Of a stretch of DNA of 11,205 nucleotides, positions 1-7,934 are shown piece after piece. Source of the stretch: a virus (lineage: Duplodnaviria; Heunggongvirae; Uroviricota; Caudoviricetes); IMG/VR virus record IMGVR_UViG_2711768052_000003, positions 1 through 11,205 of that record, one strand, 5' to 3'. Every line of letters begins with the position of its first letter. The first letter of the stretch is position 1. A program made the position numbers and the translations under genes. Below the pieces are notes generated by a model. It searched no databases and was not told where the DNA came from. It was given only the letters and a program-made list of their open reading frames with translations.

Positions 1-21
1 GTAAACCGAGGTTTTGGATAA
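1..21. other. Partial serine-invertase crossover site (gix/hix type), truncated by the window edge
   Basis: Positions 1-21 read GTAAACCGAGGTTTTGGATAA. This contains the half-site GGTTTTGGATAA and matches, as I recall it, the last 21 bp of the 26-bp Mu gixL site TTCCTGTAAACCGAGGTTTTGGATAA. It lies about 55 bp upstream of a Gin-family invertase gene, the usual position of the invertase-proximal site. Confidence 0.55.
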
Positions 22-75
22 TGGCCGTTTCCGGCCTGCATGGCATGATTTGCGCTTTTGGACGGGAGATTCAGC

Positions 76-675
76 GTGCTGATTGGCTATGTAAGGGTAT
101 CAACAAATGACCAGAATACAGACTTGCAACGAAACGCTCTTGTTTGTGCAGGATGCGAACAAATATTTGAAGATAAATTAAGCGGGACAAAGACAGACCG
201 ACCGGGATTAAAACGCGCTTTAAAGCGCCTTCAAAAAGGTGACACGCTGGTTGTCTGGAAACTGGATCGCCTCGGGCGAAGCATGAAACATCTGATTTCT
301 CTCGTCGGGGAACTACGGGAGCGAGGGATTAATTTTCGCAGTCTGACCGACAGCATAGATACATCTTCTCCAATGGGGCGTTTTTTCTTCCACGTGATGG
401 GTGCCCTGGCTGAAATGGAACGTGAATTAATTGTTGAACGTACACTGGCCGGACTGGCGGCAGCGCGCGCACGGGGGCGCACAGGCGGACGTCGACCGAA
501 GCTGACAAAAGAACAGCATGAGCAAATAGCAAGGCTAATCAAAAACGGGCACGACAGAAAACAACTGGCAATAATTTACGGCATTGGCACATCGACGATT
601 TATCGTTATCACCCTGTAGGCGATATACAGACTGAAGAAACAACCGGGCAGACTCAGGAAAATGAAAACCGCTAA
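76..675 (+). CDS. Site-specific serine DNA invertase, Gin/Pin/Hin/Cin family
   Basis: The translation MLIGYVRVSTNDQNTDLQRNAL...VVWKLDRLGRS...GINFRSLTDSIDTSS.MGRFFFHVMGALAEMERELI has the catalytic Ser at position 9, the resolvase/invertase core and a C-terminal HTH (IYGIGTSTIYRY). GGGAGA at 64-69 is a plausible RBS for GTG at 76. The track ORF begins at TTG 58, which I consider less likely. Confidence 0.9.
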   Translation: MLIGYVRVSTNDQNTDLQRNALVCAGCEQIFEDKLSGTKTDRPGLKRALKRLQKGDTLVVWKLDRLGRSMKHLISLVGELRERGINFRSLTDSIDTSSPMGRFFFHVMGALAEMERELIVERTLAGLAAARARGRTGGRRPKLTKEQHEQIARLIKNGHDRKQLAIIYGIGTSTIYRYHPVGDIQTEETTGQTQENENR

Positions 676-699
676 TCTGACCATTAGCGGTTTTTGTGT
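664..699. terminator. Bidirectional rho-independent terminator between the convergent invertase and gpU genes
   Basis: A 9-bp stem pairs ACCGCTAAT (668-676) with ATTAGCGGT (683-691) around the loop CTGACC. TTTTGTGT follows on the plus strand and an A-run (664-667) precedes it, giving a U-tract for the minus-strand transcript. It overlaps the invertase stop (673-675) and sits 5 bp from the gpU stop (704-706). Confidence 0.5.
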
Positions 700-703
700 A
701 AAA

Positions 704-1192
704 TCAGAACAGCCCTTTAACTGAACTGGCCGCGCTGTTAAGAGATGATGTCACCTTATCTTTGAAGCCGGACAGCATATCACTGAACGATGAGGATTGC
801 AGGCGCTCCCGCAAATCCTCATCACAGCGTTCAAGGGTCAGTGAAAATTCTATCTTTTTCGCCTTACCGTAGCGATCAAACTCGGAACGGGTCGTATTCG
901 TTTCAGTCAGCACATACATGCCGTAAATCTGCCCGACGCCATCAATCAGAGGCCAGGGTCGTCCTGTATACGCCTGCGTGGTCAGCAGCGACAGCGATAC
1001 TTCGCCACCTGTAATTTCAGGATAAAGCACACCAGAAAGAACGATGCGATCATCTCCTGCACCGATATACTGCCAGCTTGCTGAACGGTTAACGCGTTCA
1101 TTTTTCACATGCCGCCAGCTTTTGTTTTGCTGTAACTGCTGATGCGGCAGCGTGCGCAGCTCAAAAACAAACATGCCGTAGATCATCATCAT
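704..1192 (-). CDS. U: P2 gpU-like tail protein (tail terminator/completion)
   Basis: The translation MMMIYGMFVFELRTLPHQQL...WRH...VLSGVLYPEITGG...WPLIDGVGQIYGMYV fits the P2 gpU family pattern as I recall it. GAGGAG lies 8 nt upstream of ATG at 1192; the track start at 1198 would leave only a 2-nt spacer. Confidence 0.8.
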   Translation of the reverse strand: MMMIYGMFVFELRTLPHQQLQQNKSWRHVKNERVNRSASWQYIGAGDDRIVLSGVLYPEITGGEVSLSLLTTQAYTGRPWPLIDGVGQIYGMYVLTETNTTRSEFDRYGKAKKIEFSLTLERCDEDLRERLQSSSFSDMLSGFKDKVTSSLNSAASSVKGLF

Positions 1193-1204
1193 GGCCATGA
1201 CTCC

Positions 1205-4048
1205 TCAATCTTTATCGTAAAAACTGCCACGCCCGGCACGGGCGCGCCGTTCCATTTCTGCCCTGACCATTTCACCTACCAGTTTCGCAAGTTCGCGGGG
1301 ATTCTGCGTAACAACGTTATGCAGATGAACATGAATTTCACCGCCAAATCCGGAGGCAACCGGCTCCCGATTACGGGAAGCTGCAGGAACTGATGCCACT
1401 GGCGATCGTATGGCCTCCGCCACCGGGCGGGAGCTGGCCGCAACAACAGGGACCAGCGCCGGAGGCAGCGGAGCCGGGACCACGGGTGTGATATTAATTG
1501 CGGGGGCAGGCTTACTGACCTGCGCAATCTTCCGCTCCTGCCACTCCCCACGAACGGCAAGTGCGCGGGGCAGGTTCTTAAAGACAATATCGCCGGGGCC
1601 AATGCGTTTTTTCGTCTCATCAACCAGCTTACCTGTGTTATCAGCAATTTTGCTGAGTCTGCGCAGCGTACCGGTATTGCTGTCTGTGAGCGGTTTATTG
1701 TCTTTGGGGTTATCACCTCCGGTACCATTGCCATTTTCCACAGGCTTCGGCGGATTGATTTTCGCCAGGTCCCCCTGAAGCAAGGCAACCTTGTCCTGAA
1801 GAATGGCCGCACGCTGTGCGTCTTCGATTTTCTTGCGCGCCCTTTCCGCTTCATCCGGAAGGACGCCAAGTTTTTCAAGTATCCACGCCAGCGTATCCAG
1901 CAGCATTTTTGCAGGTGTCAGAACAAGCTGTAACGCACCGCCAAGAACGTTACCGAATATCTCGCCAGCACTGGTACATTTATCCAGCGTTTCCTTGCTG
2001 GACTCCATCGGTGACAGCAGCGATTTAAACCAGTTAAACACCTGGCTGATCCCGCTCCCGATTGCGTCAAAAACAGGACCAAACCGTTCAAAAGTTTCGC
2101 GCAACGGGGTCAGCCTTTCCATAATCCCGCTGAACACCCCGGCAAAAAATGCCCTGATGGGATCCCAGTATTTCCAGATAAGAACGGCAGCTCCGGCAAG
2201 CGCAGCCACGATAAGACCAACCGGACTGAACAACGCCCCGATAGCGCCTCCCAGCAAAGAAACGGACCCCGTCACCATTCCCCATAGTGCTGGCAGGACC
2301 CTGACAGCATTCATTGATCCGGTCAGGAGAGAAAAACCAAGACGCAGTTTTGCCAGCGGACCAGCAAGCACACCAATAGCCAGCGACAACGAGCCAACCG
2401 TTGCAGTCATTGCCAGCAACGCACCGCCTGCTATCAGTAGCTGGCGCGTCAGTGCCGGATGGGCCTGCGCCAGCGCCGTCACCCTTGATACCACCCGCGT
2501 GAGCCACTGCGTGACAGAACGCAGCGAACCGTCAATCAGATCTGCAATGCGGATGCGCAACCCTTCCCATGCACTGCCGAGTGATTTCAGATCGCCGTCA
2601 AGGTTGTTGGCCATAACCTTTGCTGTGCGTTCAGCCTCACCGCGCGCGCCTTCAAGTTCTTTTCTCAGTTTGGGTAAGGAACCGTCACCCGCTGCATCAA
2701 CGAGCGCCATAAACGATGTGAAAGCCTCTTCTCCGGCAATGTCCTTAAAGAACGATACCCGGTCAACTTCCCCGTATTTGCGGGTGGCTTTATAAAGGTC
2801 GGCCAGCACATCCTCCATCGGGCGCATTTTGCCCCCGGCATCCGAGACGGACACGCCCAGCTCTTTCAGAGCTTCTGCCGCCGCCTTTGGCGGTGATGCC
2901 AGACGAGCCAGGCTGGCACGCATTGCCGTCCCGGCATCACTCCCTCTGATGCCCATATTCGCCAGCACGCCAGCCATCGCTGCGGCCTGCTCCAGCGATA
3001 TTCCCAGCTTCCCCGCCACCGGACCTGCATATTTCATGGTTTCGCCCAGTGCGCGAAGGTCAGTGTTGGTACGGGTAAACGCTGCGGTGAGTGTGTCACC
3101 GACCCGGTCCATCTGGTCAGCAGAAAGGCCGAACTGCGTCAGGATATTTGAGCCAATATCTGCCGTCTCGCCGAGATCCATACCGCCAGCCGTTGCCATG
3201 CTCAGCACGCCGGGAAGCGCAGCCTGAATGGCCTGCGGAGTGAAGCCAGCCATTGCAAGAAATGCCTGTCCACTGGCGGCATCGCCTGCGGTGAACTGCG
3301 TTTCAGAGCCAAGTTTTAACGCCTGCTCGCGCAGCGCTTTAAACTGCGGGCTGTTCTGGTCGATTCGCGTCAGTGCCTGAACGCGGGACATCTCTTTGCC
3401 GAACCCGATCGCAGGCTGCAAAAAACGCCCGGCAGCATAGCCGCCCGCCGCTGCCGCACCAATTGCCAGCGCACCACCTGTTTTCAGTTTTTCCGCTGTT
3501 TCCTGCGCGCGCGAATACCGCTCACGCGCCCGCGTTACACGCGCAAGCGCCTGCCGTTCGCGTTCAAGCTGGTTGTTGTATTGTTCGGTGCGTCTGATGG
3601 CCTGCTGGATGGTGTTATCGCTGCCTGTCAGGGAAATGCCGTGGCGTTTCAGCTCTCCGCCAAGCTCCCGCATTTTCTGAATTTCCCGTGTGCGCGATTC
3701 ATTCAGGCGTTCAAGCCGGGTGCTTAACTGCTGCATCAGCTTTTGTTGTTTTTCGCTGAGCACTGTACCCGTGCGTTGTAACTGATTAAGGGCGTTAAGC
3801 TGGCGTCGTGCTTTCACGATACCCGCATCCGCTTTACTGACAGCGTCGCGGGCGCGCTCAAATGAACGCGCCTGACGCTCGAGATTTTTGATCGCCCCCT
3901 GCGTTCGCTGGATGGAGTCACCAAACTGCCCCATCAGGCGGCGTGCGTTTTCGGCAGGTCGGGTCAGCCTGTCAACGGCGCTGAAAGCGACCCGGATATC
4001 AAGAGTCTTCATTGTCTGCATTCCCGCTGCGAAGTGCCGCCCGCTCAC
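1205..4048 (-). CDS. T: Tail tape measure protein (P2 gpT-like)
   Basis: A 947-aa ORF with an Ala/Gly/Leu/Arg-rich, coiled-coil-like N-terminal half (repeated ERxRxA, QQL motifs) and a central hydrophobic segment sits between the E/E' chaperone genes and gpU. The start is uncertain: GTG at 4048, or ATG at 4021 or 4012. Confidence 0.8.
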   Translation of the reverse strand: MSGRHFAAGMQTMKTLDIRVAFSAVDRLTRPAENARRLMGQFGDSIQRTQGAIKNLERQARSFERARDAVSKADAGIVKARRQLNALNQLQRTGTVLSEKQQKLMQQLSTRLERLNESRTREIQKMRELGGELKRHGISLTGSDNTIQQAIRRTEQYNNQLERERQALARVTRARERYSRAQETAEKLKTGGALAIGAAAAGGYAAGRFLQPAIGFGKEMSRVQALTRIDQNSPQFKALREQALKLGSETQFTAGDAASGQAFLAMAGFTPQAIQAALPGVLSMATAGGMDLGETADIGSNILTQFGLSADQMDRVGDTLTAAFTRTNTDLRALGETMKYAGPVAGKLGISLEQAAAMAGVLANMGIRGSDAGTAMRASLARLASPPKAAAEALKELGVSVSDAGGKMRPMEDVLADLYKATRKYGEVDRVSFFKDIAGEEAFTSFMALVDAAGDGSLPKLRKELEGARGEAERTAKVMANNLDGDLKSLGSAWEGLRIRIADLIDGSLRSVTQWLTRVVSRVTALAQAHPALTRQLLIAGGALLAMTATVGSLSLAIGVLAGPLAKLRLGFSLLTGSMNAVRVLPALWGMVTGSVSLLGGAIGALFSPVGLIVAALAGAAVLIWKYWDPIRAFFAGVFSGIMERLTPLRETFERFGPVFDAIGSGISQVFNWFKSLLSPMESSKETLDKCTSAGEIFGNVLGGALQLVLTPAKMLLDTLAWILEKLGVLPDEAERARKKIEDAQRAAILQDKVALLQGDLAKINPPKPVENGNGTGGDNPKDNKPLTDSNTGTLRRLSKIADNTGKLVDETKKRIGPGDIVFKNLPRALAVRGEWQERKIAQVSKPAPAINITPVVPAPLPPALVPVVAASSRPVAEAIRSPVASVPAASRNREPVASGFGGEIHVHLHNVVTQNPRELAKLVGEMVRAEMERRARAGRGSFYDKD

Positions 4049-4528
4049 GCCAGCTAACCACTTCGCCGGGCGTCATCATGAAGATTTCGGCGGGCGACCA
4101 GTTAAAAATAACGGCAATATCTGCCACAAAGTCTTCTATGTGCTCAAAGCACACAACCGTGATCAGGCTTCCGTCGCCTGTTCGTTCTTCCCGCCAGAGT
4201 CCGCACCGCTCAAAAAATTTACGGCAACCACACATAACTGAATAAAGTCACGGGATGCCATTTTTTTGATCGTCACTTCATCCAGTCGCGGTGATGTCAC
4301 GCGTGACAGCAGCGTAAACATGGATTCCGCTTTCAGACTCAGCACATCAGACAGCGACAAATCTCGCAGAGATCCAGCCTGCTCAATAGCCCCGGTGATC
4401 TCCACATACGTGATTTTTTCGCCGCTTCGCTCAATTGGTTGGGTAAGTTTTACGCCACGCTCACTGGTTTCTTTCACAGTGTCAGTAACTACCGTGTTTT
4501 CGGTATCGATGTTTTTCGTCTCTTTCAT
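3999..4528 (-). CDS. E+E' fusion chaperone made by programmed -1 frameshift (inferred)
   Basis: The minus-strand slippery heptamer TTTTTTG (plus coordinates 4217-4211) lies inside E. The -1 frame stays open from there to 3999 (track ORF 3999-4235 is in the -1 frame relative to E) and overlaps the T start, as in the P2 E/E' and lambda G/GT arrangements. Confidence 0.55.
4163..4528 (-). CDS. E: Tail assembly chaperone gpE-like (short product)
   Basis: A 121-aa ORF lies between FII and T, the position of P2 E. AAAGGAG sits 7 nt upstream of ATG at 4528. A TTTTTTG slippery heptamer lies 18 codons before its stop. Confidence 0.75.
   Translation of the reverse strand: MKETKNIDTENTVVTDTVKETSERGVKLTQPIERSGEKITYVEITGAIEQAGSLRDLSLSDVLSLKAESMFTLLSRVTSPRLDEVTIKKMASRDFIQLCVVAVNFLSGADSGGKNEQATEA
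4211..4217 (-). other. T6G slippery heptamer for the E to E' -1 ribosomal frameshift
   Basis: The plus strand reads CAAAAAA at 4211-4217, which is TTTTTTG on the coding (minus) strand. Frame arithmetic places the downstream open frame at -1. Confidence 0.55.
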
Positions 4529-4582
4529 CAGGAAACTCCTTTCAGTCAGAGGCGACGCACTGCGCCGCCTGCATATTACTTA

Positions 4583-5095
4583 TCAGCCAAGCCCAAGCGC
4601 GGAACGGATGCGATCGGGCACAATGTCCTTGCCGTCCTTCCGGTAAATGAAGTTCAGCAGGTCAATCTCCCACAACGGGCGATCGTTAACACTCAGCTTG
4701 TAGTAGGTGTTTTTAATGGCATAAGTGTGTGATGTGGCTTCGCCCTGTTTGGCTTCCCCCATATCAATTTCCGTCACACGTCCGCGCATTTCGACTTCAT
4801 ACAGGTCGCTTTCTGCATCGGTGTAGTATTCACCCGCAAAACGCAGCAGTGTGCCGTCAATCGTGCCGCCATACTTAAGGAACAGCTCACGAACTGCGCC
4901 CCCCATGACAAAGCTCGCATCAAGCGCTGAGTCGTCCAGGCCGAGATCAATACTTACCGCCCCCATCATGCCACCACCCCGGTAGCTGTCGGTTTTGCGC
5001 GTCAGCTTAGGCAAAGTGACGGACGTCACCTTACCCACTTCGTTTTCACCATCCACAAACAGCGTAAAAAAGCGAAGATGTTTTGGCACAGCCAT
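4583..5095 (-). CDS. FII: Tail tube protein (P2 gpFII-like)
   Basis: A 170-aa ORF, MAVPKHLRFF...VTLPKLTRK...YRGGGM...IDLGLDD...LRFAGEY...VEMRGR...EIDMGE, has the size and motifs of the FII tube family. GGGAGG RBS precedes it, and its ATG overlaps the FI stop as TGATG (plus 5093-5097). Confidence 0.9.
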   Translation of the reverse strand: MAVPKHLRFFTLFVDGENEVGKVTSVTLPKLTRKTDSYRGGGMMGAVSIDLGLDDSALDASFVMGGAVRELFLKYGGTIDGTLLRFAGEYYTDAESDLYEVEMRGRVTEIDMGEAKQGEATSHTYAIKNTYYKLSVNDRPLWEIDLLNFIYRKDGKDIVPDRIRSALGLG

Positions 5096-6279
5096 CAGGC
5101 ACCTCCCAGCACCGCAAATGCGGGTTCAAAGTATTCATCAGTAAACGTCTGGTAAAGCTCCATGTCTTCCAGTGGCGGAACGGGCGTATATTTGTAGCGA
5201 ATACGCACACGCCCCTGACGTAAATCCGTGGTGCTGTTATCCACCACGTCATACCAGCACTCCGCGCCAATCAGTTTCCCGGCAGTCACCAGTGAATCCA
5301 GTTTTGCCCTGATGGCGCTGATAACATCCTTCACGTTCGCAGGCGTCAGTGGACTGTCGATGGTTTCAAACTGCGCTTCCGCAATTGAATCAGCCAGCAC
5401 CTGTGCGGTTCGGGTATACACCTCAAAAATGTAGGCGTTCGTTTCCGGTGTGCGGTTGCCCCAGAAGCGGAACCCGTTGCGACGAATAATGGTCGTGATT
5501 TCTTTGTTGTTGAGGCTGTTGGCATCGCTGTCTTCGGCCTGCAACGACCAGAACACATGCCTCGACATCCCCAGCACATTTTTAACCGGAACGTTGGACA
5601 GCGATTTGTGCCAGCCCTGCTCATGGTCAATGTACGCACGAAGGCCGCACGCATAAGCAGGCGCGGGGAACGTTTCGTTTTCGCCACTTTTCGGGTTGTA
5701 GGCGATGAAGTCCGGCCATAAGAGCATCACTTCACGTTCGTTGAATTTCTGGCGGTAGGTAATCGCTTCAGCCATCGTGTTACAGCCGTGACATGAGGCA
5801 TACACAAATGCGCGCAGTTTACCCGCAATCACGCACAGGGATTTTGTCACCGCCTCCGTGTCCAGCTCCGGCGCGGCCAGAATACGCGGACGGTATCCGA
5901 TGCTTTCATCCTGCTCTGCAACAAGCAGCGCATACATCCCCGTATAGCTGCCGTCATCCTCAGAACCACCGATAACCAGTTGATCCTGCGTCTTTTCGTC
6001 TTCTTCTTTGTGTTCAGCCACGCGAACGACGATCACCTTTGTGCTCACCTGGTCTGCGATGGCCTTAAGCGCACGATAAAGCGTCCCCGTTGTTCCGCAT
6101 TTTCCCAGCACGTCATTGACGCGGGTCAGCAGTGTGGGCTTGTTCAGCGGGAACAGCTTCGCGTCCGCATCATCCGCCGTTGCCACGATACCGATAACGC
6201 TGGAATCAACATCGTTAATCGCTGTTACCAGGTCGGTATTTTCCGTAACACGGGCACCATGAAAACGAGTTTCACTCAT
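5095..6279 (-). CDS. FI: Contractile tail sheath protein (P2 gpFI-like)
   Basis: A 394-aa ORF has motifs that match P2 FI as I recall it: FPLNKP, LRAFVYAS, WPDF, EQGWHKSLSNV, IRRNGFRFWGNRT, YTRTAQV and YKYTPVPPLE. AAGGGG RBS lies 8 nt upstream of ATG at 6279. Confidence 0.9.
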   Translation of the reverse strand: MSETRFHGARVTENTDLVTAINDVDSSVIGIVATADDADAKLFPLNKPTLLTRVNDVLGKCGTTGTLYRALKAIADQVSTKVIVVRVAEHKEEDEKTQDQLVIGGSEDDGSYTGMYALLVAEQDESIGYRPRILAAPELDTEAVTKSLCVIAGKLRAFVYASCHGCNTMAEAITYRQKFNEREVMLLWPDFIAYNPKSGENETFPAPAYACGLRAYIDHEQGWHKSLSNVPVKNVLGMSRHVFWSLQAEDSDANSLNNKEITTIIRRNGFRFWGNRTPETNAYIFEVYTRTAQVLADSIAEAQFETIDSPLTPANVKDVISAIRAKLDSLVTAGKLIGAECWYDVVDNSTTDLRQGRVRIRYKYTPVPPLEDMELYQTFTDEYFEPAFAVLGGA

Positions 6280-6436
6280 AGCTTCAGCCCCTTGTATCCG
6301 TTAAATGATTCGGCAACAATCATCACCCACCACGCGCGTAATCTCACCCCTGCGCCGTTCTCCCGCCACGGCGACAACAAAAAGCAGTAACCCCCTCCGC
6401 ACGCACATGCGACCATGCCACACAGGGAGGGAGCAG

Positions 6437-7546
6437 ATGACCGACACCACCATGCAATTGCTCAGTCAGGGCACAGACCCCGTGAAAATGCCGGATTTTG
6501 ATATTCTCGCCGAGGGTAAAACGCTGTCCGGCGTGGCAGAACGCCTGATGAGCCTGTCACTGACCGACAACCGGGGATTTGAGGCGGACCAGCTCACCAT
6601 CACGCTGGATGATGCCGATGGCCAGTTGCAGCTACCGCCACGGGGCGCGCGTCTGACGGTTCTCATTGGCTGGAAAGGGGAACCGCTGACAGAAAAAGGC
6701 ACTTACATTGTTGATGAAATCGCTCACGAAGGACCGCCGGACAGGCTGACTGTTTCAGCCAGAAGCGCAGATTTTCGGGATGAATTTAACGTTAAACGTG
6801 AGGTGTCCTGGCATGATGTGACCGTTGAGCGTGTGGTATCCGCCATCGCTCATCGGTATGGTCTGAAACCGCAAATCAGCGAAATGCTGATGGATATCGA
6901 AATCGACCACGCCGACCAGACCGAAGAAAGCGACATGTCCTTCCTTACGCGCATGGCGGAAATGCTGGGCGCAATCACCACGGTAAAAAGCGGTAATCTG
7001 TTATTCATCATGCCCGGAGGTGGCGTGAACGCGCAGGGCCAGCCGTTGCCCTCGTTCGCCATCACACGCAGCAGCGGCGATCGCCATCAGTTCCGCATTG
7101 CTGACCGCGAGGCGTATACGGGTGTACGCGCCTACTGGCTTGATCTTAATTACGGGAAAAAGAAAAAAGTCAGCGTGAAACGCCGCAAACCGCCAAAACC
7201 CAAAAAGGAGAAAAGCAGCAGCCGCGAAGGTGACTATATGGAAGGTGCGGAAGGCAACGTATTTGTGTTACGCAAGACTTATCAGAACGAGCAGGCAGCA
7301 AGACGCGCAGCGGCGGCAAAGTGGCAGCAGCTACAACGCGGAGCCGCATCATTTTCCATCACGCTGGCACGTGGACGCGCAGAACTCTACCCCGAAATGC
7401 ATGGCACGGTAACAGGATTTAAAAGCGAGATTGATAATCAGGACTGGATTATTGCAAAAGCCGAGCACACCATTGATAACAGCGGCTTTACCACGCAGCT
7501 TGAGCTTGAGGCAAAAATCCCGGAATGGATAGCAGAAACAGAGTGA
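6437..7546 (+). CDS. D: P2 gpD-like tail/baseplate hub protein (late control gene D family)
   Basis: The translation MTDTTMQLL...SLSLTDNRGFEADQLTITLDDADG...RSADFR...SWHD...FLTRMAE...ITRSSGDRHQFRIADREAYTGV...KKKK...EGDYMEGAEGNVF...QRGAASFSITLARGRAELYPE...FTTQLELEA agrees closely with my recollection of P2 gpD. GGGAGGGA RBS lies at 6425-6432. The track ORF extends to 6305 but has no RBS-supported start there. Confidence 0.85.
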   Translation: MTDTTMQLLSQGTDPVKMPDFDILAEGKTLSGVAERLMSLSLTDNRGFEADQLTITLDDADGQLQLPPRGARLTVLIGWKGEPLTEKGTYIVDEIAHEGPPDRLTVSARSADFRDEFNVKREVSWHDVTVERVVSAIAHRYGLKPQISEMLMDIEIDHADQTEESDMSFLTRMAEMLGAITTVKSGNLLFIMPGGGVNAQGQPLPSFAITRSSGDRHQFRIADREAYTGVRAYWLDLNYGKKKKVSVKRRKPPKPKKEKSSSREGDYMEGAEGNVFVLRKTYQNEQAARRAAAAKWQQLQRGAASFSITLARGRAELYPEMHGTVTGFKSEIDNQDWIIAKAEHTIDNSGFTTQLELEAKIPEWIAETE

Positions 7547-7934
7547 GCAATTTTGATACATTAGATTAAACATGGGCGCAACACTTACGACACAGAGTAA
7601 ACCTGATCTGCCAGTCACTTCTGCACCAAGAGCGAAAATTTATGACAGCGCTATGTGTTTATCTCCCCGAAAAGCTCAGTCAAATAGTAATTTGTCAAAT
7701 CCCCACTCAGTATCAATAGAGATAGTTGACCGAGTGTGCTCAAAGCCATACCTGCCACGATGAGCTTTGCATAACAGACTTGTTTTTTTAGGTGATTTTC
7801 GTTATAAATTTTCAGCGTTGCTTAGATGTTATGTGTTTATGCTCAATATGCAAATTTTGAGTTTTTTGTGGCTATATTATAACATTAATAGCAACATCTC
7901 TATGATTGCTTTATTTAAATGGATGAATTTGAAA

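Noticed and set aside
231-542. Minus-strand ORFs (231-542 and 329-532) inside the invertase gene
   Set aside because: They lie antisense within a well-supported conserved CDS, have no RBS and have Arg/Pro/Ser-rich composition typical of shadow frames in GC-rich DNA.
688-700. hix-like half-site GGTTTTTGTGTAA that could mark a second inversion site at the invertase/U junction
   Set aside because: It does not match the GGTTTTTGATAA half-site (two extra bases), has no partner half-site, and is fully explained as the T-tract of the terminator hairpin.
1276-3597. Numerous plus- and minus-strand ORFs (e.g. 1276-1878, 1410-1778, 1803-2795, 2088-2507, 2829-3227, 3373-3597) within the tape measure gene
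   Set aside because: All are embedded in the 947-aa tape-measure ORF. Their low-complexity Ala/Ser/Arg/Pro translations are characteristic of alternative frames of GC-rich coding sequence.
5046-6390. ORFs overlapping the sheath gene and FI/D intergenic region (5046-5270, 5228-5434, 5346-5687, 5450-5656, 5793-5975, 5980-6390)
   Set aside because: They overlap the strongly supported FI CDS in other frames, with no RBS or recognisable motifs.
6305-6436. N-terminal extension of the D ORF back to 6305
   Set aside because: There is no SD before 6305 and the extension (MIRQQSSPTTRV...) is low-complexity, whereas ATG 6437 has a strong GGGAGGGA RBS and begins the region that matches gpD.
7572-7763. 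63-aa ORF between D and the KAP gene
   Set aside because: It has no SD upstream of its ATG, a low-complexity translation, and overlaps a competing minus-strand ORF (7349-7618). I treat it as non-coding leader or remnant sequence, with low certainty.
7767-7934. Track-defined start of the KAP ORF at 7767 (56 extra N-terminal residues)
   Set aside because: Position 7767 is TTG with no SD, and the extension (MHNRLVFLGDFRYKFSALLRCYVFMLNMQILSFLWLYYNINSN...) looks like translated AT-rich promoter or leader. An ATG at 7935 (or 7902) puts Walker A at the usual distance from the N-terminus.
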